Below are positions 19,213 to 29,678 of a DNA stretch of 64,000 nucleotides, one piece after another. Location of the stretch: positions 1-64,000 of the forward strand of contig JBMNJG010000002.1 of NCBI GenBank assembly GCA_050951545.1, read 5' to 3'. The notes under the pieces are model-generated. The model was not told the origin of the DNA, ran no database searches, and saw only the letters and a list, made by a program, of their open reading frames with translations. Source of the DNA: Limnochordia bacterium. GTDB lineage: Bacteria; Bacillota; Limnochordia; DTU080. The position numbers were made by a program, and so were the translations under genes. Positions within the stretch are counted from its first letter, which is position 1; each line of letters opens with the position of its first letter.

Positions 19213-20484
19213 CTACCGCCCTTCGGCCAGAAGTGCGTTCACCTGTTGCTTCATAGAGGCCACCGCCGTGCGCGAGTCCGCTTTGCCGGTCCAAACTTGA
19301 CTAAGCGTGCGGACTATCACACTGGTGATGTCAGGGAACTTGAGGTTGTGACTCGGCACTGGGCGCGCATATTCTAGCGCCTCTAAGAGGCTGATCTTAT
19401 TGTGAGGAGGCGGATTAGGCATGAAAGCGCTGCTTGCCGTCACAGACCTGCGCGGCTGCATGACGATTCCATTCTCCGACTGGCGTCGGGAGATATCACG
19501 GCTAAAGAAAAACCGGAAGAACTCTGCTGCTTCAGGCAGGTGTTTGCTATTGGCCACCAGTCCATAGGGTATGGGCTGGATGACTGTCGCGGCTCCTGCT
19601 GATCCTCGAGGCAACGCCGCCAGATCCCACCTGAAGATCGTCGTCTGCAAATAGGTGGTCATCACTGTCGGAATGTTGAGGTGCATGGCCGCGTTCCCCG
19701 CCTGGAACCCCTGCCAGCCCTCCTGCCTGAACACACCAGCTCGTAGCCCTTCAGCGAGGTAATCGAGCGTTCCTATGCCTTCCGCAGAATCAAGCGTTAG
19801 TGTTTGGTAGTCTCTATCGAACAAACTGGCTCCGCCCTGCCAGATCCATGGGAGCAGCTGCTCGACAATGCCTCCAATACTCGCACCGACTCGCTCATAA
19901 ACACCGTCGCCGTCCGCGTCCTTCGTCAGCTTTCCAGCAGCCTGTCGATAGGCCTCCCAGTTCCATCTGGCATCGGACCAAGATGGGCTGGGAACAGCCA
20001 CGCCCGCGCCGTCAAACTGATCAATGTTGTAGTAGAGATGATAGACAGAGATACGTTGTGGCAACCCATAGAGCGTGCCGCCAACCCGCATCGACTCCAG
20101 AACAGCGGGGAAAAAGTCATCCAGACCGAAGCGCTTATCTTCCTTTAGGAATGGTTCGATATCCACAAGCACCCCATTGCGCACAAAGGGGTAGAAATAC
20201 CTCGGATGAAAGTCAACCATATCTGGCGGTGTACCCGCCGCAATCCGCAGCAGAATCGTCTCTGCTTCCGCGTCATTGCTCGCAATCGGCTCCATGGTGA
20301 CCTCGATCCTATCTTGGCTGCCGTTAAACTCATCAATGATCTGCAAGTGCAGAGGCTCATTGACCTTCCACATGGTAGTCATCCAGGTGATCTTAACCTT
20401 CGCGGCTTGCACTGACGATGCACCAAGCATCAACAAGCAAGACACCACCAGCATCGATGCACTGCGTCTCCACCATCGCCACAT
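19213..20484 (-). CDS. Sugar ABC transporter solute-binding protein (family 1)
   Basis: Signal peptide (VQA-A); AAGTPPD, LDDFFPAVLES, YYNIDQFD..WNWE. Confidence 0.92.
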   Translation of the reverse strand: MWRWWRRSASMLVVSCLLMLGASSVQAAKVKITWMTTMWKVNEPLHLQIIDEFNGSQDRIEVTMEPIASNDAEAETILLRIAAGTPPDMVDFHPRYFYPFVRNGVLVDIEPFLKEDKRFGLDDFFPAVLESMRVGGTLYGLPQRISVYHLYYNIDQFDGAGVAVPSPSWSDARWNWEAYRQAAGKLTKDADGDGVYERVGASIGGIVEQLLPWIWQGGASLFDRDYQTLTLDSAEGIGTLDYLAEGLRAGVFRQEGWQGFQAGNAAMHLNIPTVMTTYLQTTIFRWDLAALPRGSAGAATVIQPIPYGLVANSKHLPEAAEFFRFFFSRDISRRQSENGIVMQPRRSVTASSAFMPNPPPHNKISLLEALEYARPVPSHNLKFPDITSVIVRTLSQVWTGKADSRTAVASMKQQVNALLAEGR

Positions 20485-20518
20485 TTGATAGCCCCCTTTT
20501 CACTCGGGTATAGCAACG

Positions 20519-22379
20519 CTAGATACGCTCGAACATGAACATCAGCCGAAACGGCTGGTCGCACACAGACGAAGCAAACAGCCCCAGATGATAGACACCA
20601 TTACGGTTGGCGCCACGATGCACGCGTCGCGAATCTGGGCTATCCCTGAAAAGGGAGAGGCTGATCTCTTTCGGCGCAATGCAGCGCACAGCATAGCACG
20701 CCCCCTGCCCGCTGACTACAAATCCCCTCTCCTCCTGCAGTAGCCCGTGCACACATGCTCCATTGCTAACTATCAGCGGGACCACAAAACCGACCTCACC
20801 CGGCGTTTCGCGTTGCACCGAGCAAGTTACCATCAAGCCCTCCGAACTTAGCCTGTACTGCTGCTCAACCGCCGTGCAGCCAGCCATAGTCCCTTGCCAG
20901 CAGACGGTGAAACGTAGATCATCCTTATCCGTGTGTACTGCGTTCACTGTAGCAACGGCGTTGCTGTGTTCAGCAAGAGAGTGCCATTTCCCATCAGCAG
21001 ACTTCCACACAGGTCCAATGGCCGCATGGTAGCCATCCACCGGGACAACTGTGTAACGTGGAGTGCCGCACAGAGGCATTGACAGACCCAGTTCAGCCGG
21101 GAAGTCTTTGCGCACCAAACGACCCAGGCCCGTGGCGTCGTAGCTCAGATCGGCACCAGTATCAATTTCAACATGATAGCCACCCGACGTCGCAAACACC
21201 TTGTGAAACGCATCAGGGAGTTCGAGGACGTAGCCACCTATCTCAGCTGGCATCGGTCGCTCCAGCAATCGTCTCATCACTCAGATGGTAGGCCACGCCG
21301 AACAGACTAGCAGCCAGCAGCGCATAGACACTGTATTCGCCGTATTGCTCGCGCCCATGGTGCGTCACCGGATCGAAGGAATTCTTCAAGTCTTTGAATG
21401 GGCTCTCATGCCACCAACGCATTGTAGAGGCAACAGACTGCCGGGCCAGTCGCTTAAATGCGCCTGCCAAATCCGCACGGCCCATAGCCGCGTACCGGCG
21501 CGCCTCCCACTCACTGATGCAAGCGATCATACCTTCCATGTGATGGTGCTGGTTGGATCGACCGCCATAGGGAGCCTGACCGTTAGGACAGACGTAAAGC
21601 AACATCGTTAGAGCTCCTCTGCGTAACAGCTCGTCGACATCGCCGCGGAAAGGCCCTGCGTATCCTGCTTCTAGCAGGAGCGACAGGTTCTGACGAACCG
21701 TCAGATCGTATGTGATCGGATCAGTGGGATCGCGGTACATCCCATACGAGGTGAAGTACCCAAACTGATGAGGCAGATATTCGTCGACGAATCGAGTAGA
21801 GGCCTCCATGTCGCCCAATCCATAGCTGGCGCGCAGGAACTCGCCTGTCAAAGCGTAGACGTTGAAGTTATGGACTGTCGACTTCCCGGGTTTGATCAAG
21901 TCCGTGTAATTGCCTTCAGGGGTGCATTGCGACAGAGACTGTTGCCAGTGAGAGCGCTGCGCTTCCGGTACGTACGGTTGCAGATGCCTATAGGCCCAGG
22001 CCAGTTCCTTCATGTAGAAGTCAGCTCCGGGCAAGCGACCAGGAGCCCCTTGACTGCTGAGCATGGCCTCTACAGCGGAGTCGAAGCCGCGTGCGACCGT
22101 CGGGACGAGATCGCGACACCGCCCAGCACCAATCAAGCCCGCTGCCGCCGAGACCAACCGGGCAGTGCCAGTAGGTGGCTCAGCTCTCTCATAGGGATCT
22201 ATGAGCCTTCCACATTCGTCTTGCCATTTCACCGCAGCCCGAACCACGAGCTCAGCCAGGTCAAGGTAGAGACTCCGTGTGTAGCTGCTCTTCTCCCAGT
22301 GCTGCAGATCATCATCGCCGTCAACCCTGGCTAGGATCTTCTCCACTTGCCCCTCAAAGGGATATGAGCCCCAACGCAA
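20519..22379 (-). CDS. Hypothetical (alpha/alpha)-toroid plus beta-sandwich protein, split by a +1 frameshift at ~21262
   Basis: Removing one base in GCT-G-GAG joins ..SDETIA to ERPMPAEIGG, fusing the 378-aa and 253-aa ORFs. Motifs HNFNVY, DPITYD, YGGRSNQ. Fold is inferred. Confidence 0.65.
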
Positions 22380-22528
22380 GCTATGTCCCTCCTCTGCCCA
22401 TCGCTTGTAGCTTGATAGCGTTTCTTCACCAATACCATTTGCTATCCTTCATCCTTACGTAGAATACCCTGCCAATATCAGTCGTATCATCCTGGTAGCT
22501 GCCCGCCTGGTTGGGCAGCCGTGGCATG

Positions 22529-24745
22529 TCATGCCTCCCCTCGCCCTCTAGTAGGATCCAGCGTGGCTATCTCGGCCCGAATCCGGGCCTCAAGCTGTTC
22601 GAGCTGCTCTATGCCTGCCGCCAGTGTCGACGCCGTAAAGAAGTAGTCCTCAACTTCAGAATGGTAGCCTAGGCGACTGTCAGCTCTCACCAGCGGCAGA
22701 TAAGCGCGACGGTTGAGCACCTCATCCTGAATCGCTTGGCGCATCGTCGCTAAGTGCTGATGGCGCTGCGTCGGGCTCAGATCAACGCCCTTTTCGTAGG
22801 CATCCCGAGCCTGCCCATAGCGGAGAAAATGCACGGTTGAGCGAATATGGGTGGCGAAGGCATGAGCCACAATCCATTCCTGCCCAGCAGCTGATGGTTT
22901 ACCATCAGCATCAACAAGCTGATCTGCAGCAATCTTGTCTAGGAGCTCGAGACCTTTCCCCCATTCGGCTAGCACTGCCTCGAAGCATTGCTGCACGAGT
23001 GCGGGGCCAAAGGGCACGGTCCAATTCTCTACGCTATCTCCCGGTGGGCCTGGGCGCCAAGAGGGGGTCATAGGTTTTCCTTCACTCGGGAAGGTCCATG
23101 GGAGAGAAGGAGCCCGGTTCATCGGGCCATCGTAAAGAAGCGGGATGCTAAAGGGATAGTGCTCGAAGGCATCGCCAAAGTGCTGCCAAGCCACTAGGGC
23201 CTCCTCAACGCCCCTATTACCGAAGATGCGCCTGGCAATTTGCCTCAAGATAACCTCCAGCGGCGGATGAGGCTCAAAGGAGAGTTCGCGGGCCACTTCC
23301 ATCGTGAAACACGGATAGTTGCCGAAGATCCAACAGGCCATGATTCCTTGCACCTGCTGCTCTTTGAGACCATGCCATTTCTGAGCCAACCGCCAGGGAA
23401 CAGGGTAGTACGGCACAGTCACCAGTTCATGCGTGGTGAAAGACTGCATCTTCGCGAACATGGTTCGTCCCGACTCGGTGACGATCTTGGCTTGACGGCA
23501 GAACCGCGGTGAGGGACCAATGTAACTCATGCTGTATTCATCGAGGGGATAGGTTTTGCCGCCGCGCGTGATCTCAGCACCACGTTCGAAATCGGACATG
23601 ATCTTGACATCCCTGGGTAAGCTGCCAATCAGGTGTTCCTGCGGATCTGGGGCAAGCGCTCTCCAGCTCCAGGTCCAGGCGATGACCTGTGCCCGCGGGT
23701 TCGCCCGATGCACGCCTCGGTTCACTAGGCCAACCAGTTCGGCCACAATCTCGTCTGGTTTGCGCTCGGCGCAACGAGGGCAGTCGATGGTCCCACCATG
23801 GGACACACAGTGACTGTGGTTTTCGCTTGCAGTAATGAGAATGACCCCTCCCAGGCCTGGTGCCTGCCGAAAGAGCGTGTAATAGGCATCTTCGATATAG
23901 GCCCGCCCCTCCGGGGTGCTCGTGCAAATGGATCGAACCTCTGACGCCGCGTCCATCGGATTTCCCTTGGCGCTCCGGCCAGCCACTTCGGGGTGGCGTT
24001 CCCAGAAAGGATCGTCGAGGGCCAGAGCCTTGGGTTCGCAGAAGTAGACGAAAACGTCAATGCCGTAGCGTGCCGCCCGGGTGATCAGGTCATTGAGCTT
24101 GCGCAAGCGTCTTAGGGCATCTTGACCGAATTCCGGGAAGATGGACGACGGGACCAACTCCTGCAAGTACCCATGTAGCCATATGCCATTCATCCCGTAC
24201 CGAGACAGCGTCTCGAGATAGCCATCGGGATAGTACTCCTCGTCTGTTGTCAACTCATCGATGTAGTATGGACTCCAAAACGAGCGGAGAATGCGCGTTT
24301 GCAGGAAAGGCGTGCGTGTCTGGCTGCCCTTCGGCAACCAAGGGCCACCAACCCGCGCCATCTCTTCCTCTATGGCGAAGACCCCCCGGAGCACCCCGCG
24401 TGGCCCCTCTGCCTCTACGACGATGCGTTGCGGACTGACACGTATGCTGAAGGCGTCAGTTGTTGCCTCGCCAGCCGCCTTCAGTTCAAGTCGCGGGCCA
24501 TCCGCAGTGGACGAAGCGGGCTGCAGGATAACCCCCGCCCCCTGCAAGAAACGCTGAATCTCCTCGGCAGCCGTAGTAAGAGGTGGGCCCTCTCCCTCGA
24601 CCGCAAGGCACCAGGTACTATCGATACCGACATGATGTGGCGGCACTGGTGCGCAAGACGTCGGAAGCTCTGGCCGTATGGGACTGGCCAGTCTCTGCCT
24701 AAACGACCAAGGTGCCTCTGGTTTCCACTCTACCAACCGAATCAC
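22529..24745 (-). CDS. Putative glycoside hydrolase, unclassified (GH20/GH67-type N-domain + TIM barrel)
   Basis: AFSIRVSPQRIVVEAEGPRGVLRGVF N-domain; YLETLSRYGMNGIWL, AARYGIDVF, VIAWTW; no signal peptide. Confidence 0.6.
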   Translation of the reverse strand: MIRLVEWKPEAPWSFRQRLASPIRPELPTSCAPVPPHHVGIDSTWCLAVEGEGPPLTTAAEEIQRFLQGAGVILQPASSTADGPRLELKAAGEATTDAFSIRVSPQRIVVEAEGPRGVLRGVFAIEEEMARVGGPWLPKGSQTRTPFLQTRILRSFWSPYYIDELTTDEEYYPDGYLETLSRYGMNGIWLHGYLQELVPSSIFPEFGQDALRRLRKLNDLITRAARYGIDVFVYFCEPKALALDDPFWERHPEVAGRSAKGNPMDAASEVRSICTSTPEGRAYIEDAYYTLFRQAPGLGGVILITASENHSHCVSHGGTIDCPRCAERKPDEIVAELVGLVNRGVHRANPRAQVIAWTWSWRALAPDPQEHLIGSLPRDVKIMSDFERGAEITRGGKTYPLDEYSMSYIGPSPRFCRQAKIVTESGRTMFAKMQSFTTHELVTVPYYPVPWRLAQKWHGLKEQQVQGIMACWIFGNYPCFTMEVARELSFEPHPPLEVILRQIARRIFGNRGVEEALVAWQHFGDAFEHYPFSIPLLYDGPMNRAPSLPWTFPSEGKPMTPSWRPGPPGDSVENWTVPFGPALVQQCFEAVLAEWGKGLELLDKIAADQLVDADGKPSAAGQEWIVAHAFATHIRSTVHFLRYGQARDAYEKGVDLSPTQRHQHLATMRQAIQDEVLNRRAYLPLVRADSRLGYHSEVEDYFFTASTLAAGIEQLEQLEARIRAEIATLDPTRGRGEA

Positions 24746-24885
24746 TCCCCGATTGCAGGATCAGCGCACAAGCGCCTGACCCACGCTCATACGAAGGTAC
24801 CTTACCTACTTGCTTCGATAGCTTGACGCCTACAGATCTATGAAGGAAGCAAGGACCAGGAATGTCATCAATAGGAGCATTGATG

Positions 24886-24894
24886 TGCTATAAT
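24886..24894 (+). promoter_or_regulatory. Extended -10 promoter (TGcTATAAT) for SBP 24985
   Basis: Consensus TGn-TATAAT ~90 bp upstream of the ATG. Confidence 0.55.
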
Positions 24895-24984
24895 ACTACT
24901 TGACTATGGTGTGGAGTCCTTCTCGTGTCGAGTTCCGCGCCACCTCAGTCATCAAATCACTTGGTATCGGGAGGTATGTGAATA

Positions 24985-26283
24985 ATGACTACATTGACGC
25001 GAAAGCGACAGCATAGCGTGATCATCACTGCTTTCTCTTTCGCCATTCTCGCAGCGTTTACTGGAACCGCCCTTGGAGCACAACGGACTATTGAGTACAT
25101 CTACCTTGCAGGCATCGAGGCTTCCGAACAAGCGACCGCCGCTATCACTGCTGCCTTTGAGGCGGAGAACCCCGACATCAGAGTAGACAGAATACGCGTG
25201 CAGAGCAACTATCGTGACCGTGTCGTGGCCCTAATCGCTGCTGGCACCGTACCCGATGTACTGAATATCGACATGAACGACATTATGAGTTTCGGCGACG
25301 AACGTTTTCTGCACGACCTGACACCCTTGGTACAGAAAACACCTGGTTTCCAGGTACAACGCCTGGCGCCACCCATTCTCGACACCTATATGGTCGATGG
25401 CAAGCTTTTTGCAGCCCCCAATTTGGCAAATCCTTCGGTTTACGTCTTTAACACTGATCTTTTCGACCAAGCCGGGCTCGGCTATCCCACAGAGCTGTAC
25501 CGCAAAGATGCCTGGACTTGGTCCGCCTTCCGGGACATAGCCAAGAAGCTCACACGCAAAGAATCCGATGGCCGCTTCGCCGTCAAAGGCGCTTCCATTC
25601 ATCTCCCGCGCACCTGGCTTTTCGCCAATGGGGGCAGCGAGTTCGATGATACGAAACGGCCTACGAAGACCTTCTATGACGGCGAGCTGGGACTGCAGAC
25701 TGTTCAGTTCCTGCAAAGCATGATGTGGGAGGATGACGCAGCAGCGATCTACGGCAGCCTGGCTAGCCAGATTGGCGCTAATGATGTGAAGGGATTTGCG
25801 CAGGGCAAAGTAGGCATGGCCAGCCGCTGGTTTTCGTCTGTGCCTGATTTCTGTCAGGTAGCATCAAACGTAGGCCTGGTTCCCTACCCGAAGGGACCTG
25901 GTCCGCAGGGACGCTACACCACGGACCTAGGGATGTTTGGCATGGCCATCAGCAAACAGACTCGCGACCTGGATGCTGCATGGCGCTTCGTCTCCTATCT
26001 AGCGGGTCCCTCAGGTGCCGCATTTGCTGCGAAACAGCCGGGACGCACACCTCCTCGGCCCATACTGGTCACATGGCTACCTCAGTCTGTCATCAACCCA
26101 GAGATCTATCCTGATCTTCTGGTCGCTGGCACAAGCCGGGTGGTCTCGATCAACAGACTGGATCTGCAGAGAGTCATCGATTCCGAACTCGCGGCAGTGT
26201 GGCGCAACACAGTCGAACCCAAGACCGCGGTCAGCGAGATTGCCCGTCTCATTGGTGCCTTCCTGAAGGATAACCCACAGTAG
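24985..26283 (+). CDS. Sugar ABC transporter solute-binding protein (paralog of 46789 and 48296)
   Basis: Signal peptide; FEAENPDI, AAGTVPDV, DIMSFGDERFL shared with the two later SBPs. Confidence 0.92.
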   Translation: MTTLTRKRQHSVIITAFSFAILAAFTGTALGAQRTIEYIYLAGIEASEQATAAITAAFEAENPDIRVDRIRVQSNYRDRVVALIAAGTVPDVLNIDMNDIMSFGDERFLHDLTPLVQKTPGFQVQRLAPPILDTYMVDGKLFAAPNLANPSVYVFNTDLFDQAGLGYPTELYRKDAWTWSAFRDIAKKLTRKESDGRFAVKGASIHLPRTWLFANGGSEFDDTKRPTKTFYDGELGLQTVQFLQSMMWEDDAAAIYGSLASQIGANDVKGFAQGKVGMASRWFSSVPDFCQVASNVGLVPYPKGPGPQGRYTTDLGMFGMAISKQTRDLDAAWRFVSYLAGPSGAAFAAKQPGRTPPRPILVTWLPQSVINPEIYPDLLVAGTSRVVSINRLDLQRVIDSELAAVWRNTVEPKTAVSEIARLIGAFLKDNPQ

Positions 26284-26309
26284 CCTTCTAGAAAGTGCTG
26301 TGCGAACAC

Positions 26310-26346
26310 AAAGGCAGGGTTCTGCGCCATGGAATCCTGCCTTTTT
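26310..26346 (+). terminator. Intrinsic terminator/attenuating stem after SBP
   Basis: AAAGGCAGGGTTC...GAATCCTGCCTTTTT. Confidence 0.75.
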
Positions 26347-26412
26347 CTGCATCACTAGCGACCTTCATGGCGCGATCACGGGTAGGACTAATAACAGGAG
26401 TGATCTGGCCAT

Positions 26413-29400
26413 ATGCGACCACCTAACCGTCTTCTGTGTAGTCTGATGTGTGTTTTCCTGGCACCCACACTGGCCATGGCCGCCGATACTATGCTCACAG
26501 CTACTCTCCGTCCCACACCATCAGCCTTGGAGACCAATGCCCAACAGAGCTTGGCAATTCCATTCTACCAGGCCATACCCTTTGCAGCTGGCACGTTGCA
26601 GCCAAGTGAGATCCATAGCCTACAAACCCTGGCAGGGTTGACCGTTCCGGCCCAGGTAACCACCGCCGCACGGTGGCCTGACGGCAGTGTACGCTGGCTG
26701 GCCATTGACGGCGTATGGCCCTCTGAGCTGCCTCTTTCACAAGCCGTAGAGGTACAAGTGAGCGAGGAGCCCCATGATAGTGCGGCTGCGCTGCCCCAAG
26801 CAGTCATCCATACCCTCAGTGTCGAGGGAGATGAGGTCCATCTGCTTAGCAAAAGCAGGGAAACGGTGGTTGTACTCACTCCACAGGCCGCCTATATGAC
26901 CATCTCAGAGCCGAAGCAGATTCTCCCCGACTCCATCCCAGACACTGAGCGCCAATATGCCTGGGCGGAGCCCTTGGACGCGCTCAATCCACAAGGTAAG
27001 AGCACACCCCTCGACCTGCGCATTCGCGACTGCGCCATCGAAACCGAAAACGATCTCTTTACCACGTACCGCCTGCGAGGCAATGGCGGCGATCAAAGCC
27101 CCGGTGCAGAGTTGGAGTGGCAGCTACGAGTGCGCATCTACCATGTGACACCCGTAGTTCGTCTTCAGATGAGTTGGTCTTTGCACTGGGACCCCGAATC
27201 CTTCGCCCTTACCTCCGCTCGGTGGCTTGCCAAATCGGCAGCCCCTCTGAGCCAGGTATACATTCCAGAAGTAGACCCACCTCTCGACGCTACGCAAGCT
27301 ACTGTACAGATCTGCGTGGAGCCCTCCGGGCATAGCAAGCTCGTCTATCAAGGAACGGACATCGATGCCCGCGATTGGCCCGAGCCGGAATGGCATAGCC
27401 TTACAGCTCGTACAGGTGACACGTATCTGGGACTGGGCACGGTGAACTTGACCCGTCTAGGACCCAACCACATTGCGTTGCATGATGACACCATTGAGCT
27501 CGCTTCATGGAGTGCAGACCTGGGTTACGGTCTCGACTTGCGTTCGAGCGCTCTCTTGGACGAATTCGGAATGGATCCGGCTGACGGTAGATCCACAGCT
27601 ATCGGCGTCACCCGCACCTTGGAGAGCAGTCTCGTCTGGGCGGCGAGCGCGGCGCAAGCTCAGAGCTTGGCAGACTTAGAGGCCCGACGTGATACGCTTT
27701 GGCTCCCCAACCGGACGGATATCACACGGGCCCAGGCCCTAGGCCCGTGGAACGAAGGCACTTTCTTCTCTAACAGCGCCTTCTTCGAGGGCCTGGATGC
27801 AAACCTGCATTTTCTGCTTGCTTCCCGCGACCATTGGCGCTGGAATGGCTGGGCCAACTTCGGTGACATGCGCACCAACTTCGCCAGTGCCACGCAAGCG
27901 GAACGAGGCCTCCATGTGCAGCGCTGGGCTTTGCACGGCCGCTATGGCTGGCGTAACGGTTCAGCAGCTCCGTGCAATGGTATGTGGTGGGGAGGCCTAG
28001 CTCTCGAAGACCGAGAGTTATGTCTAGCAGCCATTGATTACGCCCTGCACGTCGCAGATACCGATGTCTCTCACCCCTCCTTCTATGGCCCACCGCAACC
28101 CACGGATGGTGGAATGCACCGGAGAAACAAGGACCACTGGAGCGGCTCGGTGCAGATGCAGTACACCCCCAACGACTACCTCTACCTGACTCACTGGCTC
28201 ACAGGACACGAGCGCCTGCGAGAGACCCTCGAGGAAGTGCGTGACTATGCCACGCGGCAAGGAAAAAGCGGTTCTGTCTTCGCTGGGCAGGCCTGGGTAC
28301 ACCGCTATATGGAAACGCACGATCCCGATGACCTGCAAATGGCACGCAGACTCCTCGATGAGAGCACAGGGGCCTGGCAGCAGCGTAGCGGTGGGTCAGA
28401 ACTGACGGGGCTTTCGGCCCTTTACTCAGACAACTTTCGTCTTACGCTGGACGGCATTCCAGTGCTCATCCAGTTCTACGAAGCCACGGGCGATGTAGCT
28501 TATCTGGAGGCCATCCGCGGGAGTATGCAGGCCCAAGGTCTTCCCGACCGGCCTGTCCCCTCTCTGGCGGAGTATCATGGGCTAGCTTATCTACTGCTCA
28601 ACGGCTACACGGAGGAGCAAGTGGGACCTCAACTGGTGGCACAAGCCCGCCAGCATGTCTCTCAAGTGCTCTTTCCTCGGGAAATCCCGCCAAAGGAGCA
28701 GTGGGATTACCCCACGCTGGAGGATGTCGTTCTCCAGCGGTTGCTGCCAGCTAGCCATCCTGGCTATCTCGAGACTCTCGCCATAACCCTTCGAGGCACC
28801 ATGGCTCCCACTGTGATCCATGCCTTCGGATTGGAGCCCAGGGAAATGGCTCTTCACGGACCCAAAACCGTCTATGTGGGCCGCAGTGGCCCGGGCGAAG
28901 CTATACTCTCCATCGAGCGCTTGCATGACCAGGAGGCCCTGTCAGGGTGTCTTGAGATCAAGGACGTGCCGGAAGACTTGCGCCTGGCCTCCCACAGGCT
29001 GGAATACGCAATCGAGCCAGGCACTAAGGAGTTCACGCTTCCGCTAGTGTTAGAAGCCACGCCAGCCCTGGCACCGGGAGCCTATACCCTGAGTGTCATG
29101 GACCCTAAGCGCAGCGAGCTGACAGCGACACTGCCAGTAGTCCTCCCCGGCTGGCGTCTAGTAGATGACTTCCGTCCGCCCATGAAGGACTCGTGGTTTG
29201 GCAGCTTTAGCTTTGAGGTAGCTGAAGGGAAATCAGGGGGCTGGCAGCACGGTACCTCTGATGTCTTTGACGATCCTGACTGGCTGCGACGCATCGAACC
29301 CACGACGGAGTACTTGATCTATGATACACCAGGGCTCTACGACTTCTCTCTGACGTTCTACGCCCCAGCAGCTGCGGTGGAGCAAGTAGCCGATCAGATC

Positions 29401-29607
29401 GCATTCGACTTCGCCACAGATGCAGACACCTGGAAGCCCATCCCCACGGAACTCGCGTGGACAAGACATGGTACGCATGCCAAAGCGGTGATCACTACCC
29501 AAGAGCGGGTCTTCCGCGGAGACGGAAAACTTAGACTCAGCGTCTCAGCTGGTGGAGATGCCGCCTATCCCCAGCTCGGGTATCTGGAGATTAGAGGCTG
29601 GCACTAG
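26413..29607 (+). CDS. Secreted exo-rhamnogalacturonan-lyase-like (PcRGLX/YetA, PL26-like) protein with Ig-like and shared C-terminal domain
   Basis: Signal peptide; PAQVTTAARWPDGSVRWL (RIFT-barrel signature), WNGWANFGD, HVADTD, GMHRRNKDHW. Confidence 0.7.
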   Translation: MRPPNRLLCSLMCVFLAPTLAMAADTMLTATLRPTPSALETNAQQSLAIPFYQAIPFAAGTLQPSEIHSLQTLAGLTVPAQVTTAARWPDGSVRWLAIDGVWPSELPLSQAVEVQVSEEPHDSAAALPQAVIHTLSVEGDEVHLLSKSRETVVVLTPQAAYMTISEPKQILPDSIPDTERQYAWAEPLDALNPQGKSTPLDLRIRDCAIETENDLFTTYRLRGNGGDQSPGAELEWQLRVRIYHVTPVVRLQMSWSLHWDPESFALTSARWLAKSAAPLSQVYIPEVDPPLDATQATVQICVEPSGHSKLVYQGTDIDARDWPEPEWHSLTARTGDTYLGLGTVNLTRLGPNHIALHDDTIELASWSADLGYGLDLRSSALLDEFGMDPADGRSTAIGVTRTLESSLVWAASAAQAQSLADLEARRDTLWLPNRTDITRAQALGPWNEGTFFSNSAFFEGLDANLHFLLASRDHWRWNGWANFGDMRTNFASATQAERGLHVQRWALHGRYGWRNGSAAPCNGMWWGGLALEDRELCLAAIDYALHVADTDVSHPSFYGPPQPTDGGMHRRNKDHWSGSVQMQYTPNDYLYLTHWLTGHERLRETLEEVRDYATRQGKSGSVFAGQAWVHRYMETHDPDDLQMARRLLDESTGAWQQRSGGSELTGLSALYSDNFRLTLDGIPVLIQFYEATGDVAYLEAIRGSMQAQGLPDRPVPSLAEYHGLAYLLLNGYTEEQVGPQLVAQARQHVSQVLFPREIPPKEQWDYPTLEDVVLQRLLPASHPGYLETLAITLRGTMAPTVIHAFGLEPREMALHGPKTVYVGRSGPGEAILSIERLHDQEALSGCLEIKDVPEDLRLASHRLEYAIEPGTKEFTLPLVLEATPALAPGAYTLSVMDPKRSELTATLPVVLPGWRLVDDFRPPMKDSWFGSFSFEVAEGKSGGWQHGTSDVFDDPDWLRRIEPTTEYLIYDTPGLYDFSLTFYAPAAAVEQVADQIAFDFATDADTWKPIPTELAWTRHGTHAKAVITTQERVFRGDGKLRLSVSAGGDAAYPQLGYLEIRGWH

Positions 29608-29613
29608 ACAGAC

Positions 29614-29651
29614 AAAAGGCGGCAGGTTGCCTCGTGGGGCATCCTGCCGCC
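29614..29651 (-). terminator. Terminator between convergent genes
   Basis: AAAA-GGCGGCAGG..TGCC-loop-GGCA..CCTGCCGCC. Confidence 0.7.
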
Positions 29652-29678
29652 TGCTGCTACAGAAAGGTGCAAGCGTTT

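Noticed and set aside
29152-29607. Shared C-terminal domain as T9SS CTD, SLH, dockerin or LPXTG/PEP-CTERM
   Set aside because: About twice T9SS CTD length with no Lys-rich final strand; no TRAE, no duplicated Ca-loop, no terminal TM helix with basic tail.
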